DNA from: a virus
DNA: 64,000 nt
Reading direction: 5' to 3' (one strand)
Virus record (IMG/VR): IMGVR_UViG_3300045391_006216
Span: 1-64,000 of that record
In this document: in pieces, positions 21,054-30,836 of the stretch
Layout of the letters: every line of letters starts with the position of its first letter
Position numbering within the stretch: position 1 is the stretch's first letter
Translations under genes and position numbers: made by a program
The notes under the pieces: model-generated
Told to the model about the DNA's origin: nothing
What the model saw: only the letters and a program-made list of their open reading frames with translations
Databases searched by the model: none

Positions 21054-24000
21054 TTATTTATTTTTGATTAGATTAGATAAATTTTGTTGAATACTTTTGA
21101 CTGTATCTGATATCTTTTCAGGAGATTCAGCAACAAAATCTGAGAAGTCGATTAATTTTTCATCTACTGTCTTTAAAGTTTTAGAAACTGTACCTTGCCC
21201 TAAAAATACACCTAGCAATTTAGCTTCATGGGCTAGCGTTTCTTTAATCTTTTCTTTACGGGTCAGTTGTTGTTTTTTAGTTAAATTACGATGCCCTTGT
21301 TTAACCAGTCTAGATGTCCTCAGATATGCTCTTTCTAAATCTTGTCCTAATCCACCAATGGTTTGAGACACAGCACCTCTACCAAGTTTTGCAGATATTT
21401 TTCTAGGATCGAATTCTTTAATACGACATTTACGACCAACTGGTAGGCAAATATCACCGCAAGGATTTCCGGTTTTACATTTTTTAATGAAATCAAGATG
21501 TATAAGTTCTTTTTCTAATCTATAAGCTTCTGAGTCTAATTTAGACGTATTCAACTTTTGTTCTAAAACTTGAATCAATTTGTCAGTATTTCTGTAGTTA
21601 TTTTCTATGTTTGTAATTGTTGAATACTTTTTCAATAAATTCCAATCTCCTTTCTCATGCTTGAAATAAGAAATGTACCTACTTTTAATTTCGTCAACAG
21701 TATGTTCGCTGCGGAGTTTTTTAAGAGTTTTTAAGTATTGCGATAAAGCGTTGCGTTCTGACAAACTAATTTGTCCAACATCTAAGTTTTTAAAATTATC
21801 TAGAGTTTTTGAGGATAGGTTTCGCGTAAAAGCTAATCCATTATCTATGCCATTAAATGAATTTGTTCTAGAGTCATATATTAAATTTTCAGACTTCCTA
21901 TCCCAATTGCCAATAAAAGTGTCAAATGCTGCGATTTTAGGTAGGTCTGAATGTTTTGATAAACCTAAAAGCATTGCTGGAGTTAAGCCCGACTGCTGCT
22001 TGATATTAAGATTTTCAAAAGCAGAATTTGAATTAGTTTTTAATTCAGCTAATGTTTTTCCGGGAACGATGGAGTGCAAGGATGCCCCAGCAAATCTTGT
22101 TTTTAATGGAGATTTAAGGTTTGCTGGAATTAAAGAAACTTTATTGATATTAATGCTTGATTTTTGAGCAATATCAGAAGCAGTAGCTTCTGAAGCCGCT
22201 TCTAAAAGGTGGAAGTTGTGCCTCACTTCTTTGAAAACAAATCTTTTGTTGCTAGCATCTTTAACAAATAAAGCCTTACCAATTGCTCCTTGTTTCGGAG
22301 AAGTACCATCTGGTTTTAATTTGTTGAGATATTTTTGATTGACAATTTGTAGCTGATTATCTGCAAGTAACGGAACGTCAAATTTAGTACCTAAATATAT
22401 AGCAGCGATCGCACCTGCACCTCCCACAGTTCCAATTGCTGCTGCCGTCGTTGTACCAGTAATTGCGGCATTTATGTGGCAGGTATTGGCTTTTGGAATA
22501 CAAATTTCGCCGCAGTTTTTAGTATCTGTGGAACATTGCGGAGTTTTATCTGAGTCTTTGCGCTTCCCAATTCTGCGTCTTACTTCTTCAGGGGAGCCTT
22601 GATAATATCCAAAAGCCTCTCGGATGGCATCCCTAACTCTCTCATCGCTCAAATAATCCCTAGCAGAACCGCCTGCAACAGAGCTAATCCATTGTTGCCT
22701 TGCGCCTTCTCCAAAAGTAGGAAGAATTGATATTGGGTCTTGGGGACTAATAATGGTGCGCTGTCGGCGAGATACATTTTCTGCAAATCCAAAATGTGGA
22801 GTTCCTAGATAAACAGCATTTACTTGCTCCATTACTTTTTTCCCGGATGGACTGCCTTTAAGTTCCATACGAGAAAGAATTTCTAGAGCCTCTTTAGTTA
22901 CCAGTCCCCCATTGCAGTGGGCCACTATATTGATTTTTTTGCTTCTGTTGACCAAAGTTTTGCCATCTTGGGGAGAAATGGCGATCGCATGAGCATAGAT
23001 AGAAGCGGCCAAATCAACCGCATCTTGATTGCGCTTGCGAGCAAAATTTTGGATTATGCCACCCACGCCATTAACCACAGTACTGGCGATTCCTGGTTCT
23101 CCGCCTCCTTCAGGTTGGGGTGTACCAAATTCTTTCAAATTAAAAGGAATCACGTAATTGCTATGGGTTAACCAGTAGTCTTTGGCATTGTCCGCGTTCT
23201 TTTCGCGTTGTAGCAACGATTTCATTTCTTCTGCGCCGTAGCCTTTACCAGACCCAATAGCAAAAGTGATGTTGTCTTGGTTGATGCGTGAAGTCATCCT
23301 TGGTTTGCCATTGGGTAACAAACTAGGTTCGCCGTCCCGTTCAAGTGGGTGTTGCAAATTCAGTTTGCTAGCTTGTTCTTCAGCCATCCTTGCCGATTCA
23401 TTAAATCCTTCACGATAACTTTGTTTCGCCTGTTCGTAGCCCTTGATGGTTCTACCGATGAGAAACGCGCCAACAGCAGCTGCGCTCCAAGAAACAGGGG
23501 AAGTGCTTGCAAATTTAGCCAACGCCTCTAGCTTGCGCCAAACGTCGGCAGTATTTTTGAGCGATCGCTTAGTAGAACGCTCTAGCGGCGTACCTCTACC
23601 CGATAATCCGGCAGACGCAATTGCCTTTGTACTGAATCCAGTACGCTTTGAAATACCACGGGTAATTTTGTCCCGTGATTCTGGTTTTTGATCATAGAGT
23701 TGCAATGTACCTTGTAACTCTTTAATAGTCATTGACCCGTAACCATAGATTCTTTTTTCTTGAGCTTGCTTCCTTAATTCGCGGATGGTGTAGGGAATTC
23801 CAGTTTGTGGGTTAACAATGTATTTGGATTTTACTGGTATGTCATTATTTTCAGGATTTTGAGGTATTGACGCGATCGCTTGGTTTTGTTCAAGTTTGAA
23901 TTGAACTATTGATTGTTTGAGTCTAGCTATTTCGTTAGGCGTTGCAATTTGATTAATTGACAACTTACAGGTATCATTAGCTTCGATGCAAGTATCACCA

Positions 24001-27000
24001 CAACTTATGCCCTTACGGCACTTTTTTTTTAAAATTTTTCTATCTTGTCTATAATAACTATCTAATTTAGCAGAATTTCTACTTAATTTATAAGTGAATT
24101 TATTATCTTTAAATGTAAATTCTAGGATTTTACCAAGACTATCTTGAGCTAATCCAATCACATTGTTATCTAGAGTGATTTTTATACCACCGACTTTAAC
24201 AATTGGCTTACCATAACTCCTAGATAATAATATTGAGAATTGATTTTTGATTTGTTGAAGATTATCATCAGATGAATCTTTAGATACGCGAGATGATTCT
24301 ATATTTTTATTTCGATCAAAATGTTTTATCAGAACTTCTTTAACACTTTCATTTGGAACAGATTCATTAAATATATTACTAGAAACTCCTTTCTTCCAAA
24401 CTCCATTTTCATCGTATAATTTATATGGTGTATTGGAAAAATAACCCATGTGTCCAACCACATTTACAGGTACTTTATTAGGCATTGTTGCCCCATAAAT
24501 TTTATCTACAGGGTCTTTTTTGGGGTCAATTAAACTAATTCCAGATGGAGAAGTTAGCCCAAAATATGGACTACCTGCTGTAACAACTCTAATATCTTTA
24601 ACACCTATTTTTTTAAGGATTTCTTCTGCTTCCCTCACTGGCATTCCTCCGCCAGATTGACCAATTAAATTGATAGGTAATCCAGGGTGTTTTTGATGAT
24701 AAGCATAAGCACGAGCAGCAATTCTCACAGCTACTTCACTTCTACCTTTTGTTAGGTTGTCTTTCAACAAAGCCGAGACAACTTTTTTTAAATATCTAGG
24801 ACTAGCAACAGTATCACCTTGAGCAAAAGAAACTTCTTGCTCTGGAGTTTCAATACCTACAACATGATGGTCGGATAACATTTTGGCAACTTGCAATCCC
24901 ATGTGGTCACCTTCAAGTCCATCCACTGCACCTATCCCACCTGCAAAAAAAGTTATTTGGTGTGCTGGTTTTCCTGTGTTTACACTTGTTACATCGGATT
25001 TAATAGAACTACCAGGCAATTGTTGATCGCTTATTGACCTGAATCCGGTAAAAGTAGTATTAGGAACTTTATAGGTCTTGGCTTGTTCTTTGGCTAGCTC
25101 CGCTGAATTTGAAAACCCTGCTTTAAACCTTGCTTTTTGGATTAAATAGGCCGCTGTTGGTATTCCCATAATTGCAGCACCAGCAGCTATTCCAGACCCG
25201 ATAGCTAACTGATTGCTTGGGTTTTGACTTAATTTAAGATTATTATTTTCTACCTTACAAGTAGACGTTTTAGGAATACAAATATCACCGCAATTATGTC
25301 CAATTTTACATTTAGCTTTATCTATTCTAAATACTGAATCTGCCTTTTTCTGCCCAAAAACTAACCTTTGCATTTGCTGTTGATTAGTAACGGATAGTTT
25401 TCTTCTGATAGTTGCATTTTCTCGAATAGCATTGCTTTTTCCGTAAAAAAATCCTCTAGCTTCTTCGTAAGTCTGGTCTAGTTGTCCATATCCTCGATAG
25501 CCTTTTTTGTAATCATCACCCGCAGGATTTTCAAGCCAGTTATGAACGCTAGGAACATTGAGTGGTTGAAAATTTTGTACCGGAAGTACCATCATTTTAT
25601 CAACTGGTAAAACCCGTTTAATCCCTTCATGGAACTCCTGAGATGCAGTTTTTTCATCAGAAGTATCTTTGTCTTTAGATTGCAATTTTTCCCTAGAACC
25701 AATTGTAACCAATTCATCTTTTTTTAATTCTGTCAATCCAAAATAAGGAGTAGCAATCAAAAATCCCTTAGATTTTATATTTTTTTGTTTTAAGATTTCC
25801 ATTGCTTCTGCTGCAACTATACCACCACCAGAATGCCCAATAAAATGAATGTCTTTATCAGGAAATAATCGTTTATACATCATGGCATGAGCCGCAGCAT
25901 CTATAGCATCAGCATTATTTAGTTTTTGTGTAGCATTATCATAGAGCATTTGAAGGTCAGACTTATACCTAATCAATTCCCTAGCTACAGGTTCTATAGA
26001 TTTATATTGTTCTGAAGTCCGGAGTTTATTATCTCTAAAATCGTTCCAATTTTCCTTACCAACTACATTACCCATAAAGTCATCAAATCCACGGCGACTT
26101 AGATATCCCCGCTTAACTTTTCCACCTTTACCATCATCATCTAATTCCTGTGCCATAATGTCATTCATAGGCAACCAAGTCATTTCAGGTGTAATATTAA
26201 CTTTTTTATTAGTTAAAGGAATTAAACTATGATTTGGCAAATCTGAAGCCATTTGATTTGCTAAACCAAATCCTAATTCTCCATAATCATTAAATCCACC
26301 AATAGTAAAGCCAATACTAGGACGTTTGGGGTCTACAGCATAAACACTGCTACGAGTGACGTTACCTTGAGCATCCCATTTATCAGCTTTAACAATTGCT
26401 GTTTTTTGAGTGTTGGTTAACTTTTCAGGAGGAATATTTAATTTTTTGGATATTTCTTCAGTCATTTGTTTCTCTAAAGCAAAACTTTGAATTTCTGCTT
26501 TTTCTGCTGAAGCTTTAAATCCTTCTCTGTATCTATTACGAAATCCTAAATATGCAGATGCCGGAATTCCAATTAACGCTGCTCCTGCGGCTACAGGGGT
26601 TATCAACCCAATTGCCAGTCCAAGTCCTAAGCTTGTTTTGATTTCTTGGTTATCGTTACTGGGAGATTTAATCGACAAATTTAATCCACTACGGCATTTT
26701 AATTTTGCAGATATATATCCTTTGCCACAGGGCTTACCATCAGCTTTATCTCGACGAATAGAACTTAGTCTTTGTTTGATGAATTCGCGGAAACTACTGT
26801 CTGCAAAATAACTATTTTGTCCGTGGTCTAAAACATTATCAAAATTTTTACCATTAACTCCTCGACCAGTAGTCATTTTAAGGATACCGTCGTGTTTGCT
26901 AACAGCAGTTACTAAATCCCCAGTTCCAGGAATTAATCCAACATCCGGAGAGCCAATAGCAGTAGTTCTCATCTTGATTCCTGCTTTGTGCAGTATTTCG

Positions 27001-27707
27001 TGTGCTTCTTGCACAACTAATCCACCGCCAGAATGCCCCATCAATTGATATTGTTTTTCTGGATAAACTTTTTTTGTGGCAATAATTTTAGCAGCAACAG
27101 ATACAGCGACAGGGTTGTAACCTTTCTCAAAAACTGTTTTGATAAATAAATTTTTAGCTTCTTGTTGTGCTTGTTTTTTAGTAGCTTCGTCTACAGGACG
27201 GGTAGGAACATTAAATTCTGCATAAGATTGAGGTTCTACGTAAAGTCCTTTTATCTCCAAAGATTCAATGTTTTTTCTTAAAACTTCACTTTCTGAGTAA
27301 GCATCTTTAGTACCAAATCCACCTACAGTTAAAATAACCGTCTCAACTTCTTTACCTAAAGTAGGCGCTTTAATATTTTTAGATTCAACTTCAGCACGAA
27401 CAGCGCTAACAGCAAAATTCTCTTGATATCTTTTTCTGGCTTGGTACAACGTCGCTGCCCCAAAAACACCCAAGCCGGCTGCGATCGCAGCCGCACCTAA
27501 TGTTGCTCCAATGGCAACACCACCAGTAACATAGCCTGCTTTATTTTCAGTGGTAGTTTTAGGATTTTTTAGTGTGGCAGATTTAGTTGAGCTAATATTG
27601 CATTTATGCTCTTGAGAAATACAGGTTTCACCGCATAATTTACCTGTATTGCATTTAATAGAATCAAAAACTAATTTCTTTGATTCTAGGTATTCAATTG
27701 ATGACAT
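21054..27707 (-). CDS. 2217-aa modular polyprotein: 6 Cys tags, 4 alpha/beta hydrolases, a HipA/PI3K-like kinase and a Rho-N-like helix motif
   Basis: GHSGGG (about 27030), GHSGGG (about 25830), GQSGGG (about 24655), AHCNGG (about 22915); FDTFIGNWDRKSEN...GIDNGLAF kinase motifs; a hydrophobic Gly/Ala helix precedes each enzyme. Confidence 0.85.
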   Translation of the reverse strand: MSSIEYLESKKLVFDSIKCNTGKLCGETCISQEHKCNISSTKSATLKNPKTTTENKAGYVTGGVAIGATLGAAAIAAGLGVFGAATLYQARKRYQENFAVSAVRAEVESKNIKAPTLGKEVETVILTVGGFGTKDAYSESEVLRKNIESLEIKGLYVEPQSYAEFNVPTRPVDEATKKQAQQEAKNLFIKTVFEKGYNPVAVSVAAKIIATKKVYPEKQYQLMGHSGGGLVVQEAHEILHKAGIKMRTTAIGSPDVGLIPGTGDLVTAVSKHDGILKMTTGRGVNGKNFDNVLDHGQNSYFADSSFREFIKQRLSSIRRDKADGKPCGKGYISAKLKCRSGLNLSIKSPSNDNQEIKTSLGLGLAIGLITPVAAGAALIGIPASAYLGFRNRYREGFKASAEKAEIQSFALEKQMTEEISKKLNIPPEKLTNTQKTAIVKADKWDAQGNVTRSSVYAVDPKRPSIGFTIGGFNDYGELGFGLANQMASDLPNHSLIPLTNKKVNITPEMTWLPMNDIMAQELDDDGKGGKVKRGYLSRRGFDDFMGNVVGKENWNDFRDNKLRTSEQYKSIEPVARELIRYKSDLQMLYDNATQKLNNADAIDAAAHAMMYKRLFPDKDIHFIGHSGGGIVAAEAMEILKQKNIKSKGFLIATPYFGLTELKKDELVTIGSREKLQSKDKDTSDEKTASQEFHEGIKRVLPVDKMMVLPVQNFQPLNVPSVHNWLENPAGDDYKKGYRGYGQLDQTYEEARGFFYGKSNAIRENATIRRKLSVTNQQQMQRLVFGQKKADSVFRIDKAKCKIGHNCGDICIPKTSTCKVENNNLKLSQNPSNQLAIGSGIAAGAAIMGIPTAAYLIQKARFKAGFSNSAELAKEQAKTYKVPNTTFTGFRSISDQQLPGSSIKSDVTSVNTGKPAHQITFFAGGIGAVDGLEGDHMGLQVAKMLSDHHVVGIETPEQEVSFAQGDTVASPRYLKKVVSALLKDNLTKGRSEVAVRIAARAYAYHQKHPGLPINLIGQSGGGMPVREAEEILKKIGVKDIRVVTAGSPYFGLTSPSGISLIDPKKDPVDKIYGATMPNKVPVNVVGHMGYFSNTPYKLYDENGVWKKGVSSNIFNESVPNESVKEVLIKHFDRNKNIESSRVSKDSSDDNLQQIKNQFSILLSRSYGKPIVKVGGIKITLDNNVIGLAQDSLGKILEFTFKDNKFTYKLSRNSAKLDSYYRQDRKILKKKCRKGISCGDTCIEANDTCKLSINQIATPNEIARLKQSIVQFKLEQNQAIASIPQNPENNDIPVKSKYIVNPQTGIPYTIRELRKQAQEKRIYGYGSMTIKELQGTLQLYDQKPESRDKITRGISKRTGFSTKAIASAGLSGRGTPLERSTKRSLKNTADVWRKLEALAKFASTSPVSWSAAAVGAFLIGRTIKGYEQAKQSYREGFNESARMAEEQASKLNLQHPLERDGEPSLLPNGKPRMTSRINQDNITFAIGSGKGYGAEEMKSLLQREKNADNAKDYWLTHSNYVIPFNLKEFGTPQPEGGGEPGIASTVVNGVGGIIQNFARKRNQDAVDLAASIYAHAIAISPQDGKTLVNRSKKINIVAHCNGGLVTKEALEILSRMELKGSPSGKKVMEQVNAVYLGTPHFGFAENVSRRQRTIISPQDPISILPTFGEGARQQWISSVAGGSARDYLSDERVRDAIREAFGYYQGSPEEVRRRIGKRKDSDKTPQCSTDTKNCGEICIPKANTCHINAAITGTTTAAAIGTVGGAGAIAAIYLGTKFDVPLLADNQLQIVNQKYLNKLKPDGTSPKQGAIGKALFVKDASNKRFVFKEVRHNFHLLEAASEATASDIAQKSSININKVSLIPANLKSPLKTRFAGASLHSIVPGKTLAELKTNSNSAFENLNIKQQSGLTPAMLLGLSKHSDLPKIAAFDTFIGNWDRKSENLIYDSRTNSFNGIDNGLAFTRNLSSKTLDNFKNLDVGQISLSERNALSQYLKTLKKLRSEHTVDEIKSRYISYFKHEKGDWNLLKKYSTITNIENNYRNTDKLIQVLEQKLNTSKLDSEAYRLEKELIHLDFIKKCKTGNPCGDICLPVGRKCRIKEFDPRKISAKLGRGAVSQTIGGLGQDLERAYLRTSRLVKQGHRNLTKKQQLTRKEKIKETLAHEAKLLGVFLGQGTVSKTLKTVDEKLIDFSDFVAESPEKISDTVKSIQQNLSNLIKNK

Positions 27708-27718
27708 CAGTTTTCTCT

Positions 27719-28669
27719 CTATTTTTTAGGAGGTCTACCACGCTTTGGTTTGGATGAAGTTTTTGCAGGAGGTAAGCTAGGTGGTGGAACTGGCGTAACT
27801 GTAACTTGCCGAGGTTTAGGAGCTTGTTTTTGTGGATTTGGAGGATTTATTGGCGTAGCTTCTGACTGATTAGTAGTCTTTTTACCAAAAAATGTTTCAC
27901 TGATATTTCTAGCTTTTCTTGTAGTAGTCTTAGCACTATTCTTAGCAGTGGTTTTGATATCTTCCCCAGCTGCTTTTAAGTTGCGCCCAATTGCTCTAGA
28001 CGCATTTTCAGCCCCCGCCACCGTAAGTTCTTTAGCAGTTTCAAATCCTGCCTTGAGGCTCATCTTAGCTCCTGATAAACCTGTTTTTAATTCATCACGC
28101 CCTTCTGTCCCTGCACGCTTTAGTCTTTCGGCAACTGCTTTACCACCTCTTGCTAGATTTTTACGGTTTGCATAAGCTAATCCTCCCGCAGCAGTAGCTC
28201 CAGCGGCTAAGGCAACACCACCAGCAACACCACCAGCAAGAGCAAGTCCACTACCACTTTTGAGCTTGCCTGTGCCCCCACTCCCACCACCATGTTTACG
28301 ACAAACAGAACCTTTGGGCAGGCAAATTTTACCGCACGGCGTACCTCCTTTAGTACACCTAACTTGAGCATCAAGATTTAACATGCCAAAAGTGTATTCA
28401 ACAGGGAAATCACTATCTGTCTTTATGCCATACCCGGCAAGTAAACCTTGGGCATATTCATTTAATTCTGCGGTTTCTTCTTCATGATGTAGAACGCCTA
28501 TATTTTCATCATCGAAAGCATAAGTGTAAAAATCTCCAGAACTTAATAAATTTCCATATATCACCCCATTTTCATCTTCATTTGCAGTTAATACTTGTAC
28601 GGGCGCATCAAATTCTTCTACAATAATCTCCCCAATAGCTTTGTTTCTTTCTGCAATTTGATTAACCAT
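27719..28669 (-). CDS. Cys-tag protein with a hydrophobic helix and a basic/Pro-rich tail
   Basis: CTKGGTPCGKICLPKGSVC; GLALAGGVAGGVALAAG; C-terminal KRGRPPKK (AT-hook-like). Confidence 0.8.
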   Translation of the reverse strand: MVNQIAERNKAIGEIIVEEFDAPVQVLTANEDENGVIYGNLLSSGDFYTYAFDDENIGVLHHEEETAELNEYAQGLLAGYGIKTDSDFPVEYTFGMLNLDAQVRCTKGGTPCGKICLPKGSVCRKHGGGSGGTGKLKSGSGLALAGGVAGGVALAAGATAAGGLAYANRKNLARGGKAVAERLKRAGTEGRDELKTGLSGAKMSLKAGFETAKELTVAGAENASRAIGRNLKAAGEDIKTTAKNSAKTTTRKARNISETFFGKKTTNQSEATPINPPNPQKQAPKPRQVTVTPVPPPSLPPAKTSSKPKRGRPPKK

Positions 28670-28676
28670 AAAACTC

Positions 28677-29348
28677 CTAATTGATGACTGTTCGTAAATA
28701 CTGCATCCCTAGTTTTGATGCTGTTCTTTTAATCACTTCGTGGTGATAGTCTGCTTCTGCTTCATCTATTCTTTTTTTACCTGTAATAATTTGTGTTAAA
28801 TATTCTTTATAAACCTGTTTTTCATATTGTTTATAAGTCGGTTTGACACGCGATCGCCAATAATTTTCATTCCATCCAGTTGGAGGTGGCTTGAGTGAAT
28901 GGCGATAACTGCTAGACACTGCCCTAATCTCTGCCATGTTCACTCTACAAGCAACTTCAACATCTGAAGCCGAAAAACTTAACCCCTTGCTTCTAGCGTC
29001 ATTTTCGCTCCACCCTAAATTGGGGTGATTGTGAGTAACAACCGCACCTCGCATTTGTTGTAAATCTTGAGAAGATAAGTAAACACTGGTTGAATCACCT
29101 CCTTTAGAAACAAGTATTTTACCAGTGGTTGGATGAAAAGCAATGGCTTTCTCTTTTGGTAAGTCTTTAATTTGGTTTTCTACTTTCTCAACAAGAGCGT
29201 TTAACTCTTGAGAATTTAAACGGCATTTATGAATTTTGGGAATGCAAGCTTCCCCGCACCGCTTTGATTTGTTGCTGCACTTGGGATTGAGGTTTTTTAT
29301 ATCCTGGCGAACTTGGAGGTAAGTTTTGACTCTTGTTAGTGCTAGCAT
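28677..29348 (-). CDS. Cys-tag protein with a JAB/MPN-like metalloenzyme domain
   Basis: CSNKSKRCGEACIPKIHKC, then E.A...G..L...G...SV...THNHP...SFSASD. Confidence 0.75.
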   Translation of the reverse strand: MLALTRVKTYLQVRQDIKNLNPKCSNKSKRCGEACIPKIHKCRLNSQELNALVEKVENQIKDLPKEKAIAFHPTTGKILVSKGGDSTSVYLSSQDLQQMRGAVVTHNHPNLGWSENDARSKGLSFSASDVEVACRVNMAEIRAVSSSYRHSLKPPPTGWNENYWRSRVKPTYKQYEKQVYKEYLTQIITGKKRIDEAEADYHHEVIKRTASKLGMQYLRTVIN

Positions 29349-29407
29349 TTACATCAGAAAAAATATTACCTTTTAAGTGAGAGTCATCAATAATAAACCC
29401 TTCTTGG

Positions 29408-29800
29408 TTATCCATAAATTTGCTGTTCTCCTAATTTCTGTTCTACCCTTAAGTCCCAAGTTAATGTATTTTCTTTAATATCAATAAGCTGGCAATCAAT
29501 ACCACCTTCTATTTGAAAATCTATAAATTCTGACTCTAGTTGAATACGTTCATATTTCTTACTGACTCCTTTTATTTGAAAAACTTTAGAAGCAGTTTTT
29601 AAACTATTTAAATCTTCAACGTTCTTAAGTTCTAAAGTAATTTCTTCAACCATTGGAGTAGGAAGAACTTCCTCAATTACCAATCCATTATTTTCCCTGC
29701 GGCAAATATAGAATTTTTTCAGGCTACTAATATTAAATGCTGTGGCTACCGGAGGAAGAGAATCTCGTAGAGCAATCATTTGAAAGATGAAATCACTCAT
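29408..29800 (-). CDS. Hypothetical protein at the head-closure position
   Basis: Follows the head-tail adaptor with a 4-bp overlap. Confidence 0.6.
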   Translation of the reverse strand: MSDFIFQMIALRDSLPPVATAFNISSLKKFYICRRENNGLVIEEVLPTPMVEEITLELKNVEDLNSLKTASKVFQIKGVSKKYERIQLESEFIDFQIEGGIDCQLIDIKENTLTWDLRVEQKLGEQQIYG

Positions 29801-30195
29801 AGCGGAAATCCAATGCCAAACTTAGGAGTACCGTTAAAAGCTTCATCTTTCAGTGGTGAGATAGTGCCATCAAACAATCCTTTACGTAAAAAAGTAAACC
29901 TCCTTCCCCATGTGGTCAATTGGAAATCATCTTCTTGAGCAGTGGGAGAACGCCCACCATTCCCTGCCGCAATTGCTGTAGCGGAACCAGCAGTTTCAGA
30001 TGTCTGAAACCATTCCATCTCTAAAAAATGTGCCGCACATAACATAATGCCGTTTTTACGATGCACTCCCCACAAAGATGCCGGGACGTAAGATAAAGCT
30101 GCAAAATCTAACCAAATTTGTATGTTGGCAGGATTAATAGTACTAAATCTGCCAAAACCCTGTGCCAAAAACTCATCAGTAGTTATTAAACTCAT
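29797..30195 (-). CDS. Head-tail adaptor (DUF4054-like)
   Basis: F..F...I..WLDFA...W......G..L.AAHFL...T.WGRRF; located downstream of the capsid gene. Confidence 0.75.
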   Translation of the reverse strand: MSLITTDEFLAQGFGRFSTINPANIQIWLDFAALSYVPASLWGVHRKNGIMLCAAHFLEMEWFQTSETAGSATAIAAGNGGRSPTAQEDDFQLTTWGRRFTFLRKGLFDGTISPLKDEAFNGTPKFGIGFPL

Positions 30196-30212
30196 GACTA
30201 ATTACCTAAACT

Positions 30213-30248
30213 TGCTCCCGCTACACCCGCAAGGGTTAGCGGTGAGAG
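30213..30248. other. Intergenic hairpin
   Basis: ctc-ccgcta-c-accc-gcaa-gggt-tagcgg-t-gag. Confidence 0.45.
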
Positions 30249-30252
30249 GATG

Positions 30253-30744
30253 TCAAGAAAAGGAACTTGCGGCAACTCGTTGCCGCTGACTTGCAATTTC
30301 TTCATTCAAGTCTTTGATGCGCTCGCTGATTAATTTCCGCACATTCAATCGGCGGTCTACATTCAAGCAAAGACCCAACCACTCTAAGTCTTTACTATTT
30401 TCAACCAATTCTTGGACTGTAGATTCTTCAGCAAAATCGGTAGTGTCTTTACCACAGGATTCTGGATTATCTGGGGTGTAAATAGTAATTGCTCTTAATC
30501 TGACTAATCTAGTTAGCTCAGATTCGTTAGATGGATGAATGCTGACTGCTTGCCAAGCTTCAGCATCAATGAAATTAGTACCTTTTTTTAAAACAATTGA
30601 TTCCAATTCAACTTTTTCTTTTTCGCCTTTTTGGGGTTTTGGACGCTCAATTTGATAATAAAATATGCGATCGCCTTTAACGCCAAAAGGTAAACCACTG
30701 GCTTTTTCAAATTCGGGACTGTAGATGATTGCAGTGTAAGACAT
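30253..30744 (-). CDS. Hypothetical head-module protein
   Basis: 163-aa ORF between the capsid and adaptor genes. Confidence 0.7.
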   Translation of the reverse strand: MSYTAIIYSPEFEKASGLPFGVKGDRIFYYQIERPKPQKGEKEKVELESIVLKKGTNFIDAEAWQAVSIHPSNESELTRLVRLRAITIYTPDNPESCGKDTTDFAEESTVQELVENSKDLEWLGLCLNVDRRLNVRKLISERIKDLNEEIASQRQRVAASSFS

Positions 30745-30746
30745 CA

Positions 30747-30836
30747 GGTATTGGGTGTTAGGTATTGGGTGTTAGGTATTGGGTATTAGGTATTGGGTAT
30801 TGGGTGTTGGGTATTGGGTGTTGGGTATTGGGTATT
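30747..30836. repeat. STRR-like heptamer tandem repeat (GGT[A/G]TT[G/A]) of about 13 units
   Basis: Direct reading; typical of filamentous cyanobacteria. Confidence 0.9.

Noticed and set aside
12352-23691. Many + strand ORFs inside the tape-measure and polyprotein genes
   Set aside because: Antisense shadows of long coding frames with no motifs
30747-30836. Possible CRISPR array or telomere-like repeat
   Set aside because: 7-bp tandem units without spacers; an ordinary cyanobacterial STRR-type repeat
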